Positions 48,885 through 63,238 of a stretch of DNA of 64,000 nt are shown in pieces. Both the position numbers and the translations under genes were made by a program. The stretch spans positions 124,001 to 188,000 of the forward strand of contig NIVC01000679.1 in NCBI GenBank assembly GCA_002269645.1. Direction: 5' to 3'. Source of the DNA: Macrostomum lignano. Lineage: Eukaryota. The notes below the pieces were generated by a model that was not told where the DNA came from, did no database searches, and saw only the letters and a program-made list of their open reading frames with translations. The stretch's first letter is position 1; the number at the start of each line of letters is the position of its first letter.

Positions 48885-49480
48885 TCCTCTTGGCGCCAAC
48901 CCTCTAAGCTTCTCTTGGCGCCAACCCTCTAAGCTTCTCTTGGCGCCAACCCTCTAAGCTTCTCTTGGCGCCAACCCTTTAAGCTTCTCTTGGCGCCAAC
49001 CCTCTAACTTCTCTTGGCGCCAACCCTTTAAGCTTCTCTTGGCGCCAACCCTTTAAGCTTCTCTTGGCGCCAACCCTCTAAGCTTCTCTTGGCGCCAACC
49101 CTCTAAGCTTCTCTTGGCGCCAACCCTTTAAGCTTCTCTTGGCGCCAACCCTCTAACTTCTCTTGGCGCCAACCCTTTAAGCTTCTCTTGGCGCCAACCC
49201 TTTAAGCTTCTCTTGGCGCCAACCCCCTAAGCTCCTCTTGGCGCCAACCCTCTAAGCTTCTCTTGGCGCCAACCCTCTAAGCTTCTCTTGGCGCCAACCC
49301 TCTAAGCTCCTCTTGGCGCCAACCCTCTAAGCTTCTCTTGGCGCCAACCCTTTAAGCTTCTCTTGGCGCCAACCCCCTAAGCTCCTCTTGGCGCCAACCC
49401 TCTAAGCTTCTCTTGGCGCCAACCCTTTAAGCTCCTCTTGGCGCCAACCCCCTAAGCTCCTCTTGGCGCCAACCCTCACC
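48885..49480. repeat. 25-bp minisatellite
   Basis: Tandem cctctaagcttctcttggcgccaac. Confidence 0.95.
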
Positions 49481-50274
49481 TCAATCCCGCCTTTCTAAAC
49501 ATCTCTCGACGCTCAAAATCTCGATTAAGCTCTCCCTAATGCTGCGTGATACTTTTTAGCTGGTAATCTGCATGCATACTACTACTTTAACTGCTACAAG
49601 AGTAGTTTGTTTTGAATCAGAACGGCTCAGCATTTTATATTTGTCGGACCTGTGCTTAGACTACTACTGTTTTCGGTACTGCGTACTCAGTGAGACGGTC
49701 TATTATTATTTTCAATCCAGTTCTGTATGCGATGGGTTTGCCAAAGTTGTTATTTAAATATATAAAATAAACTATAAACTTGTGCTTGGTGGTACGCTAC
49801 TGACAGTAGATTGTTTGATAATTGTTTTGCTCAGAAACTCGAATTTAGTTGCGAGTTTATTTTACTGTTGCAAAAAGAAACACATTGGTGATTTCTTCAT
49901 TGGTTGATCCCTGTGCGCGTAAGCGGATACTAAACACAGGTACGGATGTCGTACACGCTCACACAAAGAGTTTGAGCAATTGCTCACTTTATTCATACGG
50001 CCTAAGACTCTCTCTCAGGGCAGTTTAGTTTACACTCTCCGATCCTGTGCCTTGGGGGGGGGGTCTTTGTCTTTGGCGAGAATCGCACGGAATGGAACTA
50101 CGGGTACCCGTATTGGAAAATATCACAGATATTTGGATGGATGGGCCACTCAGCGCATTTGCGTCTAGCTACTTTCAGTTCAGTAGTAAGTTAAACAGAA
50201 GCTTTTTATGTACTTTAAAGCCAAGGCTCATTCATTTATTGGCTCTTAACCCCAGGCTTCAAACCCTCTAACCG

Positions 50275-50895
50275 CGCCTTTCCACACTACCCCCCCCCGG
50301 CCCAAGTTTATTGCCTTTCTCGGTATTCCAGCCTAAAGCTGCCATGTTCATTTCAGTGGACTGGCTAATGTACATTATTGCTGAACCAATTAGAAAGTTG
50401 TTTATGCCTACAAGCTTGGGCTTCTAAACTTATCAAAGTCCCCCCTCCGCCCCAATTTTTATTGCCTTTCTCGGTATTCCAGCCTAAAGCTGCTATGTAC
50501 ATTTCAGTGGACTGGCTAATGTACATTATTGCTGAACCAATTAGAAAGTTGTTTATGCCTACAAGCTTGGGCTTCTAAACTTATCAAAGTCCCCCCTCCG
50601 CCCCAATTTTTATTGCCTTTCTCGGTATTCCAGCCTAAAGCTGCTATGTACATTTCAGTGGACTGGCTAATGTACATTATTGCTGAACCAATTAGCAAGT
50701 TGTTTATGCCTGCAAGCTTGGGCTTCTAAACTTATCAAAGTCCCCCCTCCGCCCCAATTTTTATTGCCTTTCTCGGTATTCCTGCCTAAAGCTGCCATGT
50801 TCATTTCAGTGGACTGGCTAATGTAAATTATTGCTGAACCAATTAGAAAGTTGTTTATGCCTGCAAGCTTGGGCTTTTAAACTTATCAAAGTCAT
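50275..50895. repeat. 151-bp tandem repeat, about 4 copies
   Basis: Identical short ORFs recur at 50378, 50529 and 50831 (period 151). Confidence 0.9.
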
Positions 50896-51480
50896 CTCAG
50901 CTGCCTTTATTTTTTATAAAATAGCTTATGTATTCTTATTTGCTACTGAACTGGAAGTAGAAAGCTGTTTTACTAAGTATATATGCCTGAGTGGCCCATC
51001 TAGTTATTCTAGTATCTGTGGAAATATTAAGAAATTTCACCTGTAGCCAAACTAATTACAAGTAATTTCTGTCCAGACTGGCACCGTGGCCCCTTGTTCG
51101 CGCATGCATCATTCCACTCGACTTCCTATTGTTCTCATTTTTTGCAAATTGTCACGTACATGAAAATTCAGACTCGGAATTCTCCATCTCGATGCTATAC
51201 TAAATTATTAATAATCATTCATTTCGGCTTATTTCTTAAAGCCTTCCTTGAATTAGTCCCTGGCATGCAATTCATTACGCTTAGGGTGTTAATAGATGTT
51301 TAGCCTGAAGAACTCTATTAACCTCTAGCTGTTTTTGTAGGCAGTACGGGTAAAATTCATGTGAAACGAAGCTTATACCCAGCAGCTGTTTTATTGGCTT
51401 CCACTGCATTTTTCGTCATTTCTTTAATCCTATGGAGTAATTAAATTATTAAGTATTCAATTACTCCACGCACTTGTGGT

Positions 51481-51548
51481 CAGTGGCGTAGCCAGGAATT
51501 TCAATTGGGGGGGGGGGGGGGCGCGGACCCCCCCTGGCTACGCCACTG
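51481..51548. mobile_element. 68-bp hAT micro-MITE
   Basis: Perfect 16-bp TIRs cagtggcgtagccagg / cctggctacgccactg; 8-bp TSD cttgtggt at 51473-51480 and 51549-51556. Confidence 0.9.
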
Positions 51549-51654
51549 CTTGTGGTTAAATATGCACTTGCTGTACACTACTTTAGTAATACTCACTCGC
51601 CACTTTACCACCCTCCCGGTCCCAAATTCCCAGTTTCTGAGCCGGCCTCCCAGA

Positions 51655-52470
51655 TCCCCAATGGCTGAGCCAGCCTCCCAGATCCTCAGTTGCTGTGCCA
51701 GATCCTCAGCTGCTGGGCCAGCCTCCCAGATCCTCAGTTACTGTGCCAGATCCTCAGCTGCTGGGCCAGCCTCCCAGATCCTCAGTTGCTGTGCCAGATC
51801 CTCAGCTGCTGGGCCAGCCTCCCAGATCCTCAGTTGCTGTGCCAGATCCTCAGCTGCTGGGCCAGCCTCCCAGATCCTCAGTTGCTGTGCTACCAGCCTC
51901 CCAGATCCTCAGTTGCTTGACCAGCCTCCCAGATCCTCAGTTGCTTGACCAGCCTCCCAGATCCTCAGTTGCTGTGCCACCAGCCTCCCAGATCCTCAGT
52001 TGCTGTGCCACCAGCCTCCCAGATCCTCAGTTGCTTGACCAGCCTCCCAGAGCCTCAGTTGCTTGACCAGCCTCCCAGATCCTCAGTTGCTTGACCAGCC
52101 TCCCAGATCCTCAGTTGCTGGGCCACCAGCCTCCCAGATCCTCAGTTGCTGTGCCACCAGCCTCCCAGATCCTCAGTTGCTTGACCAGCCTCCCAGATCC
52201 TCAGTTGCTTGGCCAGCCTCCCAGATCCTCAGTTGCTTGACCAGCCTCACAGATCCTCAGTTGCTGGGCCACCAGCCTCCAAGATCCTCAGTTTCTGGGC
52301 CAGTCTCCCAGATCTCAATTGCTGGACCAGCCTCCCAAATCCTCAGTTGCTGGGCCACCAGCCTCCCAAATCCTCAGTTGCTGGGCCAGCAGCCTCCCAA
52401 ATCCTCAGTTGCTGGGCCAGCAGCCTCCCAGATCCTCAATTGCTGGGCCAGCGTCTCAGATCCCCAGCTG
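51655..52470. repeat. 28/34-bp satellite array 1 (ccagcctcccagatcctcagttgct...)
   Basis: Same family and orientation as 57405-59325. Confidence 0.95.
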
Positions 52471-52959
52471 CTAAGTTTGATTAAAAGTTCTATAAACAAG
52501 CGCTATCTTTAATTAAAAGGAAAGAAATAAGCCTCCTGTTTCAGCACTAATGCATTATTTACACATTGAGGATTTTGCGCGCCTTTTCAGAAGATTTTCA
52601 ATCTTTGATTAGCAATTGATGTCAGACACGCGGTCCTGCTGCGCCTTTAGAGATGACGGGAAGGGAAACCTGTTTGCATCTGGGCAAATTCCATCACAGA
52701 AAAGCGTCTGTGTCACTTGGAATAATTAAATGATTGTTGCGAACGTTGAGCACTTGGGATCCCGTTGCATTTAATATGCAAGAGGATAGCGTGCATGGGA
52801 CTTTGAGAATTGGCTGTAATTATAGACTTCGATTAGATCTCAATCCTTCAGCGCGTGCATACCTGCGAATCAGATGGGAATCCATTTGAGTTTTTTATTC
52901 CCCTGACTACAGAACTTTACTAAATTGGATGTCATACTTGTTAGAATAGTTGTCAGATC

Positions 52960-53570
52960 ACTAAAATAGGGTGTCAAATCACTGAAGTGGGTGTCAGATC
53001 TCTAAAGTGGTTGTCGGATCGCTAAAATGGGTGTCAGATCGCTAAAAAAGGGTGTCAGGTCGCTAAAAAGGGTGTCAGGTCGCTAAACTGTGGCTGTCAG
53101 ATCGCTAAAATGGGTGTAAGATTCCTGGGTGTCAGGTCGCTAAACGGTGGGTGTCAGATCGCTAAACTGTGGGTTTCAGATCGCTAAACTGTGGGTGTCA
53201 GATCGCTAAACTGTGGGCGTCCGATCGCTAAAATGGGTGTCAGATTCCTGGGTATCAGGTCGCTAAACTGTGGGTGTCAGATCGCTAAACTGTGGGTGTT
53301 AGATCGCTAAACTGTGGGTGTCAGATCGCTAAACTGTGGGTGTCAGATCGCTAAACTGTGGGTATCAGGTCGCTAAACTGTCGGTGTCAGATTGCTAAAA
53401 TGGGTGTCAGATTGCTAAAATGGGTGTCAGATCGCTAAAATGGGTGTCAGATCGCTAAAATGGGTGTCAGATCGCTAAAATGGGTGTCAGATTGCTAAAA
53501 TGGGTGTCAGATCGCTAAAATGGGTGTCAGATCGCTAAAATGGGTGTCACATCGCTAAAATGGGTGTCAT
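52960..53570. repeat. 21-23-bp minisatellite
   Basis: Tandem gggtgtcagatcgctaaaat. Confidence 0.95.
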
Positions 53571-54299
53571 GATTCTAAGAAACCCAATTTCGATTGTCGT
53601 TCTTTACGAGTCTCTTCACGGTGAAAATTATTTCTTCAAAGAAATGCGGTACATTTGAACGGTATAAATGTTTTTCTTATGCCCCTTTTACAGAAACCGG
53701 GCCAGTTTTATCCGACCCGATTATTGCAATGCTTGACTATCTTGGAAAAAAGACGATTAGTTTGTTTTTACTGTCCAAAAATTCTCTTTAGCTACAAAGA
53801 AAGGTCCTACGTGGGTTCCATCTGCCCCCCACATCCAATCAAATCAGATTTAGCCCATAATCCTATCCTAAATCTCTGATCGCCCGTTCACCTGCTCAGT
53901 GCAAGCGCTGGAGTCGATAACAGACTGCAGTGTATATTATACCCTCACTGCTCAAGCCTCTGAGCAGTTGCTGTTGTTTTCTGCTCTGTCATCTTCAGCC
54001 CTAGCTGCATCTAATTGCAACGGGAGTCTAAGCCCAGGTAATTTATACCTGCAAGCAATTCTTTTTTATCATTCAAGTTAAGAGAACGAGCCGGTTTTAT
54101 TTATTTTATAAAACGTACAAGTTCAACTTTGATCTAGGATTAGTTTCATACTCACGAGGTTGCTGTTTAACTCGACAATTGCGTGAGCTGTGTAAGTCCA
54201 TTTGAATTTTGAGCTCCTCTGATGAAACTCCCACAAGCGGCTCTGATGTCATTCTTCTGTCGAAAGCTCGCTTTGCAGTTTGGAATGTGATTCGCCACT

Positions 54300-54510
54300 G
54301 TGAGAGCTTTGAGAATCTCAGCTTTGAGAATCTCTGCTTTGAGAATCTCTGCTTTGAGAATCTCAGCTTTGAGAATCCCAGCTTTGAGAATCTCTGCTTT
54401 GAGAATCTATGCTTTGAAAATCTCAGCTTTGATAATCTCAGCTATGAGGATCTCAGCTTTGAGAATCTCGGCTTGAAAATCTCAGCTTTGAGAATCTCTG
54501 CTTTGAAAAT
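54300..54510. repeat. 15-bp tandem repeat
   Basis: Tandem tttgagaatctcagc. Confidence 0.9.
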
Positions 54511-55057
54511 CGTAGTTACGAGCGTAATAATCGAATTTTATTTGCCCAGAATCTCATTTTCTAATCGCCTTTAATATTTTCTCTTTTAAGACTCACACCT
54601 TCTGATGCATATGTAGGGTTCATGAGAAATACTAGGGGAAAATCTTCCCATATGATCTCCATTTCTTCTGAATTTCTTCCCCTAGCTATCGGATCACTCA
54701 TTGAAACAAGCGCCTCAAAAAAATTGAACCTGAAAATTGCAGCCATTAGAGTCGTCTCTTCAGTCTCGCCCCTCTATGCATAAAGACTTCTAGACTATAC
54801 ACGTGAAGGTTTTCAGTAGAGAGTCATCGTGCAGTCGAGCACTGTGCTCAAACGTGCACGTCTCTCGTGTCCCTTCTATTAAACTAGAAGTATTTTTACC
54901 TAGTAGGGAATTTCATAATTATGATCGCTTCCTGCGTGTACCTACTGACAATAGTAGTGTGCAACGATTTTCGCTCGAATTTTTTTAATGTCGCGGAAAA
55001 AATTCTGAAATGATTTGAGACGTTCTGACTATACTATACCTCTCCATTTCACCCCAA

Positions 55058-57310
55058 ATGGCTCCGCGGCAGATCCAAATGGAGAATATGCTGGCCCACC
55101 TGGTCAGGAAGTCGCAAGGCAACATTTCGGCCCGGAACTGCAGTCTGGCAAGTTTTGCTCCGACTCACGATCATCTGCGGATAATTTACAAATATTTGAA
55201 ATGCGTGAACGACACCTACAATATGCGAATGATCGAAGCAAAATACGAGGAACTTAAAAAGGATAACAATGCATCCTATCCACTACTGATGGCCATGTCG
55301 TGTGTTCAAGTAGTGTTGATTGTATTCGGCGGTTTCGGCAACATTCTGCTGTTGGCCGCAGTAAGGAGGTGTCGCCATCTGCAGCGGGACAGGATCTACT
55401 TTGTGGTGAATTTGGCCATATTCGATGTCATCTTATGCCTGTTCACGCAACCGTTTGGTATTGCTCGCCTGATGCAGCGCTACGGAGGCTGGAGTCTGGG
55501 CGCGTGGGCCTGCAAACTGGTCAACTGCATCACGGGGATTAACATGTTCGGTTCGAGCTTCTCAATTGCGGCGATTGCGCTGGATCGGATGAGGGTTAGC
55601 GAATCTGGTTTGGTGTTGTAGCTCATTGTCTTCGCTTTGGGTGTTGGTCCTGGATCGGTCTTGCAACTCAAAGGCCCTTGAAAGTTTTGGTTTCGCAACT
55701 CAAGGTCCTTGGAGGGTTGATCTTGCAACCGAAGGTCTCTGAGAGATTGATCTTGCAACCGAAGGTCTCTGAGAGATTGATCTTGCAACCGAAGGTCTCT
55801 GAGAGATTGATCTTGCAACCGAAGGTCTCTGAGAGATTGATCTTGCAATTGAAGCTCTCTGAGAGATTGATCTTGCAACCGAAGGTCTCTGAGAGATTGA
55901 TCTTGCAACCGAAGCTCTCTGAGAGATTGATCTTGCAATTAAAACTCTTTGAGAGATTGATCTTGCAGTTGAAGCTCTCTGAGAGATTTATCTTGCAATT
56001 AAAACTCTTTGAGAGATTGATCTTGCAATTAAAACTCTTTGAGAGATTTATCTTGCAATTGAAGCTCTTCGGGAAATTGATGTTGCAATTCAAGATTTCT
56101 GGGAAATTGATCTTGCAACTGAAGCTCTCTGGGGAGATTAGGTCTTAAGACCTAATGTTACCTTTAACCTCTGATATTTTATACACGTGTCTTAAGTTAT
56201 TAACCGTTTGATTTTTAATAGGGTTTCTAATCATAGACTTTTCAATAGAGTATGGTCATATGGGCTCAATAGTTTCCAGAGTATGCCACTGTCCAAGCCA
56301 GAAGGAATCTCGACTGGTATAAACATTGCCTCAACTTTCACCTCCAGTGCGTTCTGTTTCCAACTCGACCGCCGCTATCCAGCCGCTGTCTCGCGCTGCT
56401 CCTGCTGGCCATCTGGCTGACCTCGCTGCTGCTATCGTGTCCTCTGCTAGCATTCGCCAACGCCGTCCCAGATCCCATGGCCCTGGAGAGAAACGGTCAA
56501 ACTCTGTACTTTTGTAGCGAAGGCTTCGATACTTATCACTCGGCGAAACTATTCTACAGCTGCGTCACCCTGCTGCTGCAGTTCCTGCTGCCGTTGATTT
56601 GCATTGCCGGCTCCAATGTTGCCATTCACTGCCGGCTGCAGCAGCGGATGCGGAAGCGCCGCCGCCACCTGTCGCAGAATCAGTTCAGGAGCCGGCGTCG
56701 CTTCCGCGTCAGCCTGATGCTCGGCGTTATCGCCGCCGGCTTCGCCCTGGCCTGGCTACCGTTGACCGTTTCAAATGCTGTACACGACTACAGCAACTGG
56801 CGTCAGTGGTTGCTATGGCAACAGAACAGATCTTCCAGTGATAAAGTATCGAAATCGCAGCAGCAGCAGCAGCCGCTGCTCGGTGATCGAAATGCCGAGT
56901 TGCACAGCCTCTGCCTGACCGTCATCCTGGTCTCGCCCTGCATCAATGCCACTGTCTATGGCTTTTTCAATGACAAGCTCAAGGAGCAGTACAGGAATAT
57001 TCTAAGGGAACTTCTTCACAAGTTCATCAACGTCTGGCGTCGATTCAGAAGTGTTTGCAATCCAGTTTGTCATCTGCATCAGGATGCGGCCATCGAGAGC
57101 CCGTTGCGGTCAGCATCCACCGAATCTGTCAAGGATGAAGGAGTAAACGAAGTCGCCGTGCGGTCTTGCAGCTGTGGGAGCTGCAAAATCGAGGAGCTCG
57201 TGCTGTACAATGCCGTAGCCGAGGCGCTGCTACCGATGGCGTCGCCGGAGGCGTCGACTCAGCAGCAATTGTCGACAGGTCGATGTGACTCTCAAGTTGT
57301 AGTCGAGTAA
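55058..57310 (+). CDS. Neuropeptide Y/F-receptor-like GPCR, 499 aa; exons 55058-55594, 56348-57310
   Basis: GGFGNILL, VVNLAIFD, WSLGAWACK, IAAIALDRM, LLQFLLPL, FALAWLP, SPCINATVYGFFN; phase-0 junction AGG|gttag...ctccag|TGC. The start codon is uncertain. Confidence 0.85.
55715..56135. repeat. 30-bp minisatellite in GPCR intron
   Basis: Tandem gagagattgatcttgcaaccgaaggtctct. Confidence 0.95.
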
Positions 57311-57404
57311 AACTGCTTTAATTTGCCACTCTTCAGTTTTCCTGATCCCAGTTCAAACATTCAGATTCTCACGCTCGGTTACTATTCTCCAAGATCCTTG
57401 CACC

Positions 57405-59325
57405 CTCAGTTGCTGGACCAGCCTCCCAGATCATCAGTTGCTTGACCAGCCTCCCAGATCCTTAGTTGCTGAGCCAGCCTCCCAGATCCTCAGTTGCTGT
57501 GCCACAAGCCTCCCAGATCCTCAGTTGCTTGACCAGCCTCCCAGATCCTCAGTTGCTAGGCCAGCCTCCCAGATCCTCAATTGTTTGACCAGCCTCCCAG
57601 ATCCTCAGTTGCTGAGCCAGCCTCCAAGATCCTCAGTTGCTGAGCCAGCCTCCCAGATCCTTAGTTGCTGAGCCAGCCTCCCAGATCCTCAGTTGCTGAG
57701 CCAGCCTCCCAGATCCTTAGTTGCTGAGCCAGCCTCCCAGATCCTCAGTTGCTGTGCCACAAGCCTCCCAGATCCTCAGTTGCTTGACCAGCCTCCCAGA
57801 TCCTTAGTTGCTTGACCAGCCTCCCAGATCCTCAGTTGCTGAGCCAGCCTCCAAGATCCTCAGTTGCTTGACCAGCCTCCCAGATCCTCAGTTGCTGAGC
57901 CAGCCTCCCAGATCCTCAGTTGCTGTGCCACAAGCCTCCCAGATCCTCAGTTGCTTGACCAGCCTCCCAGATCCTTAGTTGCTGAGCCAGCCTCCAAGAT
58001 CCTCAGTTGCTTGACCAGCCTCCCAGATCCTCAGTTACTGAACCAGCCTCCCAGATCCTCAGCTGCTGGGCCAGCCTCCCAGATCCTCAGTTTCTGTGCC
58101 ACCAGCCTCCCAGATCCTTAGTTACTGAACCAGCCTCCCAGATCCTCAGCTGCTGGGCCAGCCTCCCAGATCCTCAGTTTCTGTGCCACCAGCCTCCCAA
58201 ATCCTCAGTTACTGAACCAGCCTCCCAGATCCTCAGCTGCTGGGCCAGCCTCCCAGATCCTCAGCTGCTGGGCCAGCCTCCCAGATCCTCAGTTTCTGTG
58301 CCACCAGCCTCCCAGATCCTTAGTTACTGAACCAGCCTCCCAGATCCTCAGCTGCTGGGCCAGCCTCCCAGATCCTCAGTTTCTGTGCCACCAGCCTCCC
58401 AAATCCTCAGTTACTGAACCAGCCTCCCAGATCCTCAGCTGCTGGGCCAGCCTCCCAGATCCTCAGCTGCTGGGCCAGCCTCCCAGATCCTCAGTTTCTG
58501 TGCCACCAGCCTCCCAGATCCTCAGTTACTGAACCAGCCTCCCAGATCCTCAGTTGCTGTGCCACAAGCCTCCCAGATCCTCAGTTGCTTGACCAGCCTC
58601 CCAGATCCTTAGTTGCTTGACCAGCCTCCCAGATCCTCAGTTGCTGAGCCAGCCTCCAAGATCCTCAGTTGCTTGACCAGCCTCCCAGATCCTCAGTTGC
58701 TGAGCCAGCCTCCCAGATCCTCAGTTGCTGAGCCAGCCTCCAAGATCCTCAGTTGCTTGACCAGCCTCCCAGATCCTCAGTTGCTGAGCCAGCCTCCCAG
58801 ATCCTCAGTTGCTGTGCCACAAGCCTCCCAGATCCTCAGTTGCTTGACCAGCCTCCCAGATCCTTAGTTGCTAGGCCAGCCTCCCAGATCCTCAATTGTT
58901 TGACCAGCCTCCCAGATCCTCAGTTGCTGAGCCAGCCTCCAAGATCCTCAGTTGCTTGACCAGCCTCCCAGATCCCCAGTTGCTGGGCCAGCCTCCAAGA
59001 TCCTCAGTTGCTGTGCCAGCCTCCCAGATCCTCAGTTGCTTGACCAGCCTCCCAGATCCTCAGTTGCTAGGCCAGCCTCCCAGATCCTCAATTGTTTGAC
59101 CAGCCTCCCAGATCCTCAGTTGCTGAGCCAGCCTCCAAGATCCTCAGTTGCTGAGCCAGCCTCCCAGATCCTTAGTTGCTGAGCCAGCCTCCCAGATCCT
59201 CAGTTGCTGAGCCAGCCTCCCAGATCCTCAGTTGCTGAGCCAGCCTCCCAGATCCTCAGTTGCTTGACCAGCCTCCCAGATCCCCAGTTGCTGGGCCAGC
59301 CTCCAAGATCCTCAGTTGCTGGGCC
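57405..59325. repeat. 28/34-bp satellite array 2
   Basis: Tandem ccagcctcccagatcctcagttgcttga/gctga variants. Confidence 0.95.
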
Positions 59326-60563
59326 TCTCAGATATACAAATCACTGAAACAACAAACTGTTCATTAAGAGAGAAGATCATCCAAACAACAGAAAACTTTT
59401 AGTATCTGCACACTGCATGCATTGCCGTTGTGGGGTTTGTTTTGGAATGATATATACTATTTTGTAACTGTGTTACAAAAATATTGGATCTATGCGCTTA
59501 AACTGATCTAAAAATACTCGTACGCTCGTCGTCCGCACATAGTCGAGTCCCTTCTTATTAATACAACATTACACCCATTTGCGGTATTCATTTTATTCAT
59601 TTTCTCCAAACCACTGCAAGTTCTTAGTTAAAAAACTAACTACGCTACTTGTATTTGTGAACGCAGTAGTGTGTTGTGACAATCAGCTACAGTTATACTT
59701 TTTATCTATACAAACGTAAGCTTGTTGTGAGTCATGCGTTCAATGCTACTCTGCACTAAATAACACAACTAAGACAACCCATCAGATCTTTATTATTTTG
59801 CTTTACAATTTGATTTGAATTGAGCAATGGAAAGATTTTTGAAGTGCGTCATCTTCCCATTGCATGCTACGAGCTATCTTGCAGGATGCAGCATGAACCA
59901 GAAACCTGACCATAGAAATTTTCTGTCCAAGTTTTTGGCGAGACTATCGGGTTAATTTCAACTAAATTAGATGCTTAATATCTATCCCTAAATACACTCC
60001 GAAGGTTCACTTGTCAGTTTATGCTGTTTAGCATATCCTGTTGTTGTTATTCGCAAGGAAAACCGTTCGATTTGAATTTCTAATTTTATACCCTGTGTGT
60101 AACTATAATGCGACTGCATAGTTGACCCTCAGATTAGCGGTTCCGTAGCAAATTTTGCTGGCCTTCGAAGATTTCACTAAGAACAGCTTTGGCTCTGGCG
60201 CACAATCAAGCATAATAAATGCATTACTCCACATCGTCCAATATCTTCGAGATCTCATTCATACGCATTGTACATACATCTCGAGTTAAGAAGTCAAAAA
60301 TAGAAAACAAAAGCACTGGATTTAAAGAGAACTCAAATTACGAACTTTTCAGTTCAAGTATTTAAAAAAGGCATTCTATTTATATTTCGTTGACCTGTGC
60401 TTAGCCAATATTGTTTTACAAGTTTAAATATCTCGACTCAAAACGTTATTAAACAGCCATCGCGTTGATGTTAACAATTCAATCAATAGTATTGAGAAAT
60501 TGTCCACAAATTTATGTTCAATTTTTCAAAGTCATCTAAGCTTCATCGAGGAAGGCAAATGGC

Positions 60564-62003
<1,440 letters not shown>

Positions 62004-62121
62004 GTTGGCTAAGAGCTGAGCGAGTCGGGAAGCAAAAGCTTCAAATAGAGCTTAGACGGGCTTTTGAGGTTAGCTGAGGAGCGCCGGAGCGGTTGGCCTC
62101 GGGGCCGCCCTCGGCTGCCGC

Positions 62122-63110
62122 TTTTATGCTTTTCTCGGCCCGTCGGCGGGGGGGCAGCGTCGCGAAGGCGCCGCTCGGCAACGGGGGTTGAGCGCCTGGC
62201 AACGGCTTGGTGGGGTGAGGGTGAGGGTGGGTAGGGTGGCTGACAGGGTGGAGTTTCAATTGATAGCCCCCTGCCGCAGTCTATGCAAAAAAGGCGAGGA
62301 GCGGTGGAGGTTGGGAGCGGCGGCTTCGCTACGCCTTCGTCAAGCCGTTTTTCTCTCTATTGTTGCCATGGTAGTCTCTGGGGTATGGGGTAGGGGTTGG
62401 AAGAGCAGCTTTCAAAGAGGCGCGGGTACGTGGTTTAATGGTTGGCAAGTTAGGCAAGGCTGGAAAGCGAGAGAAAGGGGGGACTGGCGGCGGCCCTAGC
62501 AACGGCGGGGTAGTTGGCAGGTTGGGAGAGAGATGAGGACAGGTAAGAGAGAGAAAGAATGCTTGGGTTGCGCGCGAACCCACACGCTTTAGAGCTGCGA
62601 GCGACTCTGCTTTCTGGCCATGGCAACCCCCCACCCCCTCTTGGGGGCGTCCATGACAACCGCTTATGCCTGCCCCTACCTAGAAGAGTGGGGCTGTTTA
62701 TCTTGAGTACGGAGGGTTGAGTTCGAAGCGGCCGCATAACTTAACTGCGACTGAGTACAGTAGCGTGAGTGGATACTGCATGCATTCCTGTCGTGCAATG
62801 TTGGAGGGGGTGGACAATGCGTACCTCAGGAATGCTCTGCAGTGATGATGACGCACGCTCTATGCAGCTGCATGGGACAATGGGCAGCTTGGAGCCTGCA
62901 GAATATAGAAGAATAGGCCGAGGGGGGAAGGGGTTATAAAACTCAAAGCATTTTCAGCTCTCTCTCTATGCTGCACAAGTATAGAGACGACCGATTGCTG
63001 AATAATAGAACAGGTTTAGCAGCTGGGTGTGGAGACGGGGTTGCTGCTGTGCAGAGCTATTGCAGAAAGGCTTAGTTAATTTTTTTCGCTAAAGCTATAA
63101 GCTGAGACTC

Positions 63111-63146
<36 letters not shown>

Positions 63147-63238
63147 TTTAGATTTTAACCCCCGCTTCTTTCTGGCTATACCTGCTAAAGCTGCGACTCT
63201 CGCCCTAGCAACCAGCGGCGTCCGTTGCCCGTAGCAAC
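62122..63238 (-). promoter_or_regulatory. Beta-tubulin upstream region with TATA-like CATAAAA and a cluster of RFX X-box full and half sites
   Basis: gttgccatggtagt 62362-62375, ccatggcaac 62618-62627, gttgcccgtagcaac 63224-63238, cctagcaac 62495 and 63204, ctggcaac 62196; TATA-like at 62122-62128. Confidence 0.55.
63112..63142. repeat. (GA)n microsatellite
   Basis: Direct observation. Confidence 0.9.
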
